From: Nemertoderma westbladi
Taxonomy: Eukaryota; Animalia; Xenacoelomorpha
Direction: 5' to 3'
Assembly: GCA_032718475.1 (NCBI GenBank)
Contig: JAUCBJ010008798.1
Span: forward strand, 62,001-126,000
Length of the DNA stretch: 64,000 bases
The position numbers and the translations under genes were made by a program. The notes under the pieces are model-generated. The model was not told the origin of the DNA. It ran no database searches and was given only the letters and a program-made list of their open reading frames with translations. This document shows positions 23,253 to 33,800 of this stretch, piece after piece (within the stretch, counting starts at the first letter, position 1; the number at the start of each line of letters is the position of its first letter).

Positions 23253-23700
23253 TCCACACCTGGTGCAGGAGTGGGGCTCGGTTAATTTGCAGCCGAGGCG
23301 GGTAGGGATTGATAAGCGGAGCTGAGAGTTAGAAGCTTGAGACCTAGAGAGTGGCGCGAAGGGTGGCCAGATTATTTTGGTAGACTGGGCCAGACCAATC
23401 AATGCTTGGAAGAGTTCGGTGCTTCGAGCACGGGTAACACGTGTAATCAACTCAAGGGCACTAGCTGTATCCAGAGCAGGTGAAACCATGGAAGTAAAAA
23501 GATGGCTCGAGAGTGAGTGACAGGCAGCCGCTGAAGCCAGGAAGGCGGAGGGGGGCGAGCTGAACTGCCGAACTTAAACCGAGACCACCAAGTCGCGCTG
23601 GTAAACTAGCCCAGATCCAAGCGGGGTCAGGATGGAAACATTGGCGACCTGTTCGAGTGTTGATCTGAGAGATTGATCGTACTTCTCTAGGAGGTCAGGA
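23253..23700 (-). mobile_element. Decayed CRE-like (restriction-like endonuclease class) non-LTR retrotransposon fragment
   Basis: Minus strand reads WIWASLPARLGGLGLSSAVQLAP/SAFLASAAA and LRLSIPTRLGCKLTEPHSCTRCG, matching the post-RT and zinc-knuckle region of CRE-like elements. Frameshifted, and cut by the BEL LTR. Confidence 0.65.
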
Positions 23701-24096
23701 TAATCTTCGAGGATAGTCTTTTTTCCTTAATTTTTTATTAAAAAATGCCAAAAAATAAAAATTTTTTAAGCGCTACCATTTGGCAGCGCAATCTACCTAT
23801 CTTTAAATCTACCAAATTCATCTAAATAGCGGTGGGCTTGAAAGCGAAATCTAAGAATAAATATTAGAACAAATTAACACATATATAATTAATAATTTAA
23901 CACTTTTGATTGCATGGGAATGAAATGGACTGCATTTTACAAGACAAATGAATCTACAATCACATCGTATGTCAAAACGATGAGTCAATGCTTAGAACGG
24001 TTTATGTATATTGGAATTCGGAGCAGCTCTGGATCCAAATAATTTGTCATATTCGGAGAAATATGCGAGTTGGGTGGATGTTTGAATTCGTGCAAT

Positions 24097-24955
24097 GTTG
24101 TCTGTTTATTATCGTCCGGTAAGTTTGTCTGTTCATTACCGTACGGTAAGATTGTCTGACGTCTGTTTATTATCTTCAGGTATGATTGTCGGTTTATTAT
24201 CGTCAAGTAAGTTTGTCTCTTTATTATCTAACAGTAAGTTTGTCTGTTTATTATCGTCCGGTGAGTTTGTCTGTTTATTATCGCCCGGTAAGTTTGTATC
24301 TTTATTATCTAACAGTATGGTTGTCTGTTTATTATCCAGAAATATAGTATGTTTATTGTTGTCCGGTAAGTTTGTCTGTTTAATATCGTCCGGTGAGTTT
24401 GTCTGTTTAATATCGTCCGGTAAGATTGTCTGTTTATTATCGTCCGGTGAGTTAGTCTGTTTATTGCTGTCCGGTAAGTTTGTCTGTTTATTATCGCCCG
24501 GTAAGTTTGTCTGTTTATTATCGCCCGGTAAGTTAGTCTGTTTATTATCGCCCGGTAAGTTAGTCTGTTTATTATCGCCCGGTAAGTTTGTATCTTTATT
24601 ATCTAACAGTATGGTTGTCTGTTTGTTATCCAGAAATATAGTCTGCTTATTGTTGTCCGGTAAGATTGTCTGTTTATTATCGTCCTGTGAGTTAGTCTGT
24701 TTACTACCGTCCGGTAAGTTAGTCTGTTTATTATCGCCCGGTAAGTTTGTATCTTTATTATCTAACAGTATGGTTGTCTGTTTATTATCCAGAAATATAG
24801 TCTGTTTATTGTTGTCCGGTAAGATTGTCTGTTTATTATCGTCCTGTAAGTTTGTCTGTTTATTATCCAGAATTATAGTCTGTTTATTGTAGTCCGGTAA
24901 GATTGTCTGTTTATTATCATCCAGTAAGATTGGCTGTTTATTATCTTTCAGTAAT
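24097..24955 (-). repeat. Coding minisatellite, 27-bp unit (DDNKQTNLP-like), about 30 copies
   Basis: Plus-strand unit TCCGGTAAGTTTGTCTGTTTATTATCG with variants; continues slightly past the SIRT6 stop. Confidence 0.95.
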
Positions 24956-26040
24956 GGTGTTTGTTTTTTGCATAAAGATATTTCTGTGTGCTGTTCACCG
25001 AATTTGAGTGTTTTAGGGAATCCCTTCGACGAATCTCCCATCGCATTTAGACCGACACTATTCGAAACGCAACTATTGTCCTCAGATTTTCTCTTCCTAT
25101 TTATATTCGTAGTTTTCTTTCTTCGCTTTTCGTTCTCCGTCAAACACAGCTGTTTCCACCTCGCTGGCAGTCTATCCGGAATTTTAGAACGCAGCACGGT
25201 TTTAGGACCGGTGTATTCCGGTACAACCAGACCCAGACGCGCCATCAACCCGGACATAACGTAATCGACCCAGTAATTAATGATAACATCGGCGTGTTTA
25301 TCTACTCGCGTCGGCTGCAGATTAACTACCACCAACTTTCCACCCGATTTAGTTGTGAATATAGGTAGATTACCAGCGGGCACTATCTGCAGCGTGGTAC
25401 CCAGACAGATAGAAAGTTCAGCGACCTTACTATGTCGCTCAGACGCAATTAAAGCCTTCTCCGGTAGGTTGGCTTCCCAATCCAATATGCTGTCTCGCAT
25501 CCTTCCTCGACAGATACCCCTATCGCATCTACGATTGGCTTCGCATGGGTTACCGGTAACTTTCTGTCCCACAGTACACACGGCTGACTCGAGTATTACC
25601 TCTGTGTTGCACGTATCGCACTGCTCAATAAATATATTCCCGTGTAGATCGGCAACTCGATTCCTAGGGAAGCCTGCACGGAGATGTAAACCGTCGATGT
25701 TCTGGTTGACTAGAAATTGAGTTAACCCGGCGGATTCCAGCGCCACTAGCGACCTGTGGGTTAGTGTCGGCACGGCTTCGTTGAACGATATGCTGGTCTC
25801 CGGGGCTATTCCCTGTTTCTCGAGAGTCCAGACGCCCTTGGGGCCACGGAAGTCCGGTATTCCAGCTGCAGTGCTGATTCCGGCTCCACAATGGATTACC
25901 GTGTGGTTGCTTTCTCGAATAAACCCACAAACTACATCGAGTTTACGTTCAACTTCCTCTCGAGAGTCGAAGATTTCAGGGAGCCCGCACTTCCCTTTAT
26001 TGTCGCAAAAGGAAAGCCCCGCTGCGTAGTTCACAGACAT
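24136..26040 (-). CDS. SIRT6: NAD-dependent protein deacylase sirtuin-6, single coding exon, with a repeat-expanded C-terminus
   Basis: Diagnostic N-terminus MSVNYAAGLS; GAGISTAAGIPDFRGPKGVWT; NQNIDGLH; catalytic LHGN; Zn-binding cysteines; basic NLS-like KRRKK...RKRK. Confidence 0.95.
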   Translation of the reverse strand: MSVNYAAGLSFCDNKGKCGLPEIFDSREEVERKLDVVCGFIRESNHTVIHCGAGISTAAGIPDFRGPKGVWTLEKQGIAPETSISFNEAVPTLTHRSLVALESAGLTQFLVNQNIDGLHLRAGFPRNRVADLHGNIFIEQCDTCNTEVILESAVCTVGQKVTGNPCEANRRCDRGICRGRMRDSILDWEANLPEKALIASERHSKVAELSICLGTTLQIVPAGNLPIFTTKSGGKLVVVNLQPTRVDKHADVIINYWVDYVMSGLMARLGLVVPEYTGPKTVLRSKIPDRLPARWKQLCLTENEKRRKKTTNINRKRKSEDNSCVSNSVGLNAMGDSSKGFPKTLKFGEQHTEISLCKKQTPLLKDNKQPILLDDNKQTILPDYNKQTIILDNKQTNLQDDNKQTILPDNNKQTIFLDNKQTTILLDNKDTNLPGDNKQTNLPDGSKQTNSQDDNKQTILPDNNKQTIFLDNKQTTILLDNKDTNLPGDNKQTNLPGDNKQTNLPGDNKQTNLPGDNKQTNLPDSNKQTNSPDDNKQTILPDDIKQTNSPDDIKQTNLPDNNKHTIFLDNKQTTILLDNKDTNLPGDNKQTNSPDDNKQTNLLLDNKETNLLDDNKPTIIPEDNKQTSDNLTVR

Positions 26041-26444
26041 TACTGCTGTAATGGGTTGTTATATTACAGTATTATTATTATTTACCGGCAGACCGGTACG
26101 TCTCCAAAATACAGCACAGCCACAGCAGTCAAATTACAGAATAATTAATGTGTAGGTAGGGCCTACCGAAACAGTACAGCACAGGCTGACACGGCAGGGC
26201 TGCAGTGAAGTGAATGCACTGAAAGTTCCGGACTTGGTATGTAGCTCAAAGATACTGCACTGCATACCGGTACCGCACCTCACACATGTCTGCAGGTCTG
26301 CCCGCTCTATAGGCTAATGAATCTGAATGAAATCTTGAAACTCTTGATGAATCTGTACCAGTACCAGTGATAACAGGATAACCTCAAATGGACGGTGTTA
26401 TGCAAAAGGGTGTTAAGCCACAAAAGTTCAATTTGAGATAATCG

Positions 26445-28792
26445 CAGTGCCGGATTAACCTTAAGGCATATAAGGCACGTGCCTTAGGGCCAGCCGAAAA
26501 TACGGGCCAATTTTCTCAGAGAGTCATTACTTTGAAAAAAATATTTTTATCTGAAAAGTCCACATTTTTTCTCACTAAAATTTGTAGAGCAAGAAAGTGC
26601 ATCTTTCGACTACTTTCTATCCCTAAATTTCTGATAGAAAGTGCAAAATTCTAGCTCAGTCGACCAACAGGTGCTGTGTTATTAGTTCGAGACCTGATGG
26701 CAGAAAAGTGCTAAGTACTGAATTATGAACATTGGAAAATTTTATTTTATTTATTCGTGGGGAATTATTTGTAGTTATGCTATTAAACTTTATAGAACAA
26801 CCAAATAATTAAAGACGGCGTCGAGACGCCGTGAAGGAACCGAAGCTAAACCAAACCGAAACTAATATTTTTACAGGCCATAAGCCGCTAACTATTTTTT
26901 TCAGGATATCAACTCTAAACCAGTTTCGAATCTGAGCGCCTGCTTACAAATCTGTATTTCCGCATTACGAATCAATGTGTTTGGTTAAAAATATGAGCAC
27001 CTTGTCACGAATTGATGTCCCTGGTTACAATTTGTTACAAATGGTTGCAAATATGAGCACCCAGTATCAGCCAGCACTACCTATACTAATATTGTAGTGA
27101 ACAGGTAGTGAACAAAGGAGACAGGGGGGGGAAGTGGAAGCAAAACCCACGTTGGCGAATTAATATCCCGCCTCAATATTAAATTCTCAATTTAGGGAAA
27201 AGAAACTCATATATCTCATAATCTGTTCCTAATAATTATTAAAGCAGTTAGGGCAACATATATCCTGTCTACATCAAAATTATATATAATACCAAACACC
27301 ACTCATAGTATTAATGTTGCCAAAACATAATTAGACCTCCAAACTCTGATTTTAATTGAACATTGCAACTAGTATAGTTATCAATAGTACCCTACAGTTA
27401 GGTTCACATATGGCGAGTCAGTCATTTTTGTAGTTTAATAGAAGGGCTTTCATAAGATGATAGGTTTTCAACATTGAATTGTTTTTTGACCTCAAAACTG
27501 CTCTTTTCAACAACACAATATATTGCGGATATTTATGACTCTCTGTATAAAACAACCTTTTTATCAGTTTGTCGATTTTGACTTTTTTCATCACTAAATT
27601 CCCTACTACTATTTTATTTTTTACTCAATTTCCATCAAACATATACCAAAATGTTCAGCAGCTTTAGGACTACTATCGTTGGTTTTGTAAAACATTGGCA
27701 TTTGGATATTCTAGAACCGATTGTGTATCCTACTACACTTTGTCTATCACAAAATATTAGATTCCCAAAATATAGCCCGGACATACTAAAACCCCCATAA
27801 ATTTTTCAAAAACAATAATTTTGTGCTAAAATTTTCATAGAAGATGGCCTACATATCTAGGTCCATTTTACCAAAGTTTTGGACCAAAAATTTCAATGCA
27901 GGTGGTATTACAGATCCTTAATCATGAGCTAATTTACATATAAATGCCTCAAAATTTATACAAATTTTGAAAAAACCGACCTGCTCAAAAAGTGCCATAT
28001 TTTTCGAACAAACGGTTTATGAAGTTATCTATACTCAGTTTTCATAGTACAGTATATAAAAGATCACAGATCATTGTGTTAAAGCTTCAGAATAGTAGCT
28101 TTATAAATAAAACAAATAGATATGTGGTAATGGTCCCATTGATATATTAAAAATTAAAGCTTGAGAAATTCTATCAAAACCACTATACTTTTTATAGAAA
28201 TTGTTTTTTAGGCATAATATGCCGTTTAGTAATGTTACAATTCTTGATGAAAACTATTTTTGCAAAGTACTTATTATTAAAGTACATAGTAGTTATTTGA
28301 AATATTATAATACTAATTTAATTAATTTGGCGGGGTAGCTCAGTTGGTTGAGCGCCAGGCCTGCAATCTATTGGTTGTAGGTTCAGCCCCGCCAGGGTCA
28401 CTCAGCTTTTCATCCACTGGGCTCGATAAAATGAGTACCAGTTAAATAACTGGGAGCAAATCTTGGGATAGGAGTAACGCCCACCCCTACCCTCGGGTAG
28501 CAGATAGGAGTAGCGCCCACCCCTACCCTCGGGTAGCAGCTATCGAAAGAGGAGTCTACGGGTCGCCTCCGGTTTCGGCCGACAGTTTGCTTTGCTTTTT
28601 GAATACTAATTACTATTAAATATTATATACTAAAGAAAATACTTTATATTTCATTCTCAACATTTTCACAATTTCGGTAGTTTTTAGCAGGTTTTTCTTT
28701 GAAAGGGTTTGCGGAAAAAGATAAATTTTCGGGCCATTTTTGGAAATTACTAAAATGTGCCTTAGGGCCACCAGAGGCTTAATCCGGCACTG
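26445..28792. mobile_element. Non-autonomous hAT transposon
   Basis: TIR CAGTGCCGGATTAA / TTAATCCGGCACTG; perfect 8-bp TSD GATAATCG (26437-26444, 28793-28800). Confidence 0.9.
28329..28600 (+). mobile_element. tRNA-derived SINE with a conserved central domain (MetaSINE-like)
   Basis: tRNA-like head with A box TAGCTCAGTTGG and degenerate B box; ACTCAGCTTTTCATCC...GATAAAATGAGTACCAG core; internal 36-bp duplication; TTTGC-repeat tail. A partial inverted copy lies at 47316-47397. Confidence 0.75.
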
Positions 28793-30846
28793 GATAATCG
28801 ATGTCTAAGTTTTAACATCCTGTGTGATCGTTGTTGTATTATCCAGATACTGTTGTGTTTTTATAAGAAAACATAATGGAAATTAAAATATTTTTCAAGT
28901 TAGTGTGCTAGAATATTGCATTTTCTCCGAAATATTGATCAAAATGTGGCTTAACACTTTTGGAAAACTTCATATTTAACAAAACGTTAAATTGTCAAAA
29001 GGCGTCACACTTGCAAAAAAATGTCAAAAGATGTCAAGCCACACAATTATTAAGTGAATTAAATCTTTTTTGCAATATTATTTCTTAACTTTCTTGTATT
29101 TTTAAGGCATTTTTCTTCGTATTATTGGGCAATAGGATCTCATAAATTAGGTAGATTACACTTTCCTCTATCGAATGATACCAAAAACTCAATTTCGACA
29201 AAATGTGGGATAACACCGTTTTGCATCATACCACCGTCCAAATTACAGTATCTTTATCTTTCTTTAAGTTATTATAAAGCCTAATAGCTAAAACTTATAG
29301 TTACTATAAGTTATTAAATTGCTCATGTTTTATCAGAACGTTCCTAAAATTTTAACAGGCTTTGTTCAACCTAGTGACCAACTTGTAAAAAAAATTTCAA
29401 TATATTGCTAATACCGCTTCGCGCAGCACGTCACAAACTCAAGAGCTTTTATAATTTTTGCAAATAAGTTAATTTTAAACTGAGCGACATTAACTGAAAT
29501 TCGATATACAGGCAGTCCAGGATACATAACAGAACGTAATCAGGATCGAATGTAACATATAGTTATTACGTATTGAACGAAACCGCAATTATGTTACATT
29601 GGAACCTATAACTACATTCGATCAACAAATTACTAAGCTCGAATGTGTTTTGATTTCAGGGGTTAACCGATGAAACGCTTCTTCGTTTATTTACAGTAAG
29701 ACAAAGAAGCGGTTTCTCAATGATGTTTCCCTGCTTACAGTTGGGTATCACAGCTAGTAAGGTAAACTTCTGTTTGTAAAAATCTACGGCAGTACGGATA
29801 GTACTAGATTGTGACAACAGTCGATAACAGGCGAAAACAAGCGAAAACAGTTGGAATGTAGGGAAAACAGTCGAAAACAGTTAGATCGTTTAAAAATAAT
29901 CATCCATGCATCCAGGTGAAAATAGATATTGAAGTTAACTAGGTGTAATAATAGATTTAAAATTTAGTGGCATTTATAACGTCGCTAACTTAAGATGACG
30001 TTCTACCCATAACCCATGTACAGGTAGGCCTACAATAACACTGATTTCCCGTTGCATGATTATGGATTATGCCTACTCCAGTACTGCCTTAAGCCTACAG
30101 AGTAGAGTATTGTGACGTCAACTACAAGTCAGCCACCCTATACGGTTACATTAAATTGTAACTTTATAATCCAGTTAAGAATGTTTTCTACAGCATTTAC
30201 CCATCGGCACTATTCAAAGTTTTGGCATGTCAATAAAATATTTTCTACAGTAAATGAAGACCCCCCGTGATATGAAAACGTTTCCTATAAAAACATCCAG
30301 CTGTCAATTAAATTATATTATATTTCCGTTCATCCATTGAAAAATACTGATGTCTGGTTTTAAAGACTTGACAGAATTAACTTCAGATAGAAACAATCCT
30401 ACACTTTCGGAATAGCATCCGCCAATCACAACAGATGTTATATTTCCAAATATTATAAAATAGAACTTTGTTAAACAGAGAAGGAATTTTTGTTATGATG
30501 ATTGTTTAGGTTTTGTGTTGTTGGTCTTATTGTACTTGGGTTTGGGTGGGGGTAGTGTTTGATTATAATAGACAGCATGATCAATACTCAAGTTTATATA
30601 TTATTATACGTCCATATTATATTATACTTTATCAACACATTGACTGAGACGATATTATTTTAACCTACTCTCCTCCTGATCTCCGCAGCATATAGAATTC
30701 CCTGGCAAAACTCTTCTTCGCAATCTCCTCAGTTTATTGGCACATACATACTCTATCTATTATTATCGCTCTTCGATTGTCTCCCATGGCGAACTACTGT
30801 ACGCGCGTGACGGCGTTTATTGAGTGGGTTTTTTTTGATTGGTTGA

Positions 30847-33800
30847 ATGGATGAAGACGAAACTCTCCCGTTCTTGGCAGACTCTACTCCGTCCTTGACC
30901 CGCTCACGTCACATGGAGGTTCTACCGAGATCTCCATCGGAGAGATCGAACGGCAATGGCAATGACGAAATTCGTTTAGTACCTGGAGGTGGTCCAGCAA
31001 GAAGATATGCTGCTACGACAACCACACCACGAGAAGAATTCTGCTTAGTAGACCAAGACCATGGAGAACCAACTCCAACTGTTACCTTTCGAGGAGGAGG
31101 ACACCGCGATTTAGACCCCCATAGTGAAAGTGTACATGTACAGGTTGGTGCTAGCAGCCAATACAGTAGGCCCAACAGTAGGCATGCTGTGCAAAATAAT
31201 AGTGATCGTACACCTAACATATCAAGGAGTGAATTCTTTAATTTTTGGGAAGATCGGTTGTTTATGGAGGACAGTGACAGGAGACCAAGATCACGACACA
31301 GGTCTGACTACCCAGACCGTGACAGGTTTAACCCTACAGAGAGAAATAATGAAAATTATTATTATTTACCAGACGAGGCTAATTACGTGGTAGGGACTGG
31401 ACCGACGGTAGTTAGGCCCTCTCCTTTTACTGGGGAAGACCCCAGAGAGGTAATAGACGAATGGATTGGTAGATTTGATAGGGCAGCCAATGCCAACGCA
31501 TGGTCATTTTCTAAAAGAGGCATGATCATTCCTGCGTATTTGGAAGGGAGAGCAGGTCGATGGTACCAAGCAAATAAGACCTCTCTAGATCGTCTCAACT
31601 ATTCACAGTTATGTAATGAATTGTTAGATAGGTTTGTCAGCAGTGCAATTCGTTTTTCATATTATGACGAATTCATAAAATTACACCAAACTGCAACAGA
31701 AACAGTTGAATATTTTGCTGATAAATTAAAAAGAGTTGCGCGCCGTGCATTATCTTCCCCAGACACAGTGGAGGCACAAAGCAGGATACGAGACCAATTT
31801 TTGTATGGTCTCCATATAACGATTCGCTGCAAGGTTTTAGAACATGTAGCACATGAGTCCCCTTTAGAAAACGTCATTGCAGAGGCTAAAATGATAGAAG
31901 CTAGTGTACGTGTAGATAACCCTATGTTAAAAGCACCACTTACGGAAGATGATATTGAACGTATCATTCAGAAGTCTAGAGAAAAAATTCATTACAGATC
32001 ACCGTCAAATCATAAAACCGAATTTTATATGGAAAGTACCTCTCGGTTTGAGGAAAGCGTTAATAAATTATCTAAACAGGTAAGTGAACTTACAAGTAAG
32101 TTTAACGAATTATCTGGTGGAAATAAACCCAAGTGTTATGAATGTGGTAGCTTGTCACATTTAAGGAATTTATGTCCCCAGCTCACAAGACAAAAAGTAA
32201 GATTTGACTCGGCTGATAGAAGTAATAAAAGCAGAGAACAGTCACAAGAACGAGGTAACATGGATAACAAACACGATAATAAACGGGAAAACCGCAGCAA
32301 ATCCTTCCAAAACAATTCAGTTCGGTCAAGTTTACTTCGAGTAAATTCGACACAGGAGTTAATTACGGAAGTACTTGTTGAAAGTAACCCAGTTGAAGCA
32401 AATGTAGATACAGGGTCACAAGTTACTATTATTACCCAAGAATTTCTTAATAAAAATATTGGAAACACACTTTACATGTATCCTGGACAAACATTAACAA
32501 CATTAGGAGGTGATAAAGTAGATAGTCTAGGTAGAACGAAATTAAATATTCATTGGGGAAATAATTCATGGACGGGTCTTGTGCACGTAGTCCCTACTTT
32601 GAATTGTAGTACAAATTTGCTGTTGGGTATAGATAGCATTATTACACTAAATATTCTAGAAACGGGATTGAAAATTATTAAGGGCGATGAAACCCAGACA
32701 AACGATGCTGATTCCAACAATCCACAGGATTTCAATAACCAATCTCAAACGAATAAAACTGAAAATACGACAGAAACTAAAACATACAATGATGAGAAAG
32801 CGTTAAATAATGATAAGGTTAATATAGAATTAGCGAAGTCAGTAAGTGTTAATAATGCCTATAAAGTTTTGCGAATAAGTTCGAAAGGTAATGTGATAAT
32901 ACATCCAAGATCAGAGGCTTTAATAAAAGGCAACGTAATAGGTAATAAGCTGAGTTTACGGAATAAGGCTAAGGTAGGAATTTTTATTCCTGAACAGGAA
33001 AAATTAGCCAGATCAGGATTGCTCGGAGCAAAGTCAATACATACACTAAATAATAAGGGTCATGTATACTGTAGACTTCTAAATTCAACTGATTCTAAAC
33101 TAACAGTAAGATGTGGTGAACATTTGGGGTCTCTCGAAACATACACTGAAATTATAGATAATAATAGTTCTGATAACCAGTTTGTAAGTTCAACACACGT
33201 AAATGAATGCGACTGGCCTAACTTAGGGACTGAAGCGCAAACAGAAAGTTTACATTTTATTCTTAGAAAACATTCATCAGCAATATCAACTGGCCAATAC
33301 GATGTGGGTTATTGCGACATTGAAACCCATAATATTGATGTAACAGGAGGTCCGATTAAACAACGTCCATATCGAACCCCATATAAACATCGCGATTATA
33401 TGAAATCGGCAATTGACGATATGTTGGAAGCTGATGTGATAGAAGAAAGCCACAGCCCGTGGGCTAGTCCAGTAGTCCTAGTAAAGAAACCCGATGGAGG
33501 CACTCGTTTTTGTGTAGACTATCGAAAAATTAATGCTATCACCAATGTGCCCGTACGTCCACTACCAAGGATTGATGAGGTACTAGATCACTTGGGAGGT
33601 AATTGCTTATTTTCAACGCTAGATTTGACCAATGGCTACTGGAATGTAGGTGTGAAGGAATCAGACAAAACAAAGACTAGCTTTGTTACAGAAAATGGAC
33701 AATGGCAGTTTAAACGGATGCCATATGGGTTGTCTGGCGCACCCGCAACGTTTCAAAGTTTAATGAGCAGAATATTGTATCGGTTAGAGGGGCATATTTG

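Larger units (their letters stand above)
26390..29239. mobile_element. Non-autonomous DNA transposon, Sola1-like (interrupted by a hAT element)
   Basis: Imperfect TIRs GGACGGTG...ATGCAAAA.GGTGTTA; 4-bp TSD AAAT at 26386-26389 and 29240-29243. The superfamily is inferred only from the AWWT TSD. Confidence 0.6.

Noticed and set aside
24095-24892. 265-aa hydrophobic plus-strand protein
   Set aside because: Antisense reading of the 27-bp SIRT6 minisatellite; open because the unit mostly lacks stops in that frame.
28329-28400. Functional tRNA gene
   Set aside because: The T arm and acceptor stem are degenerate, and it runs directly into a SINE body and tail.
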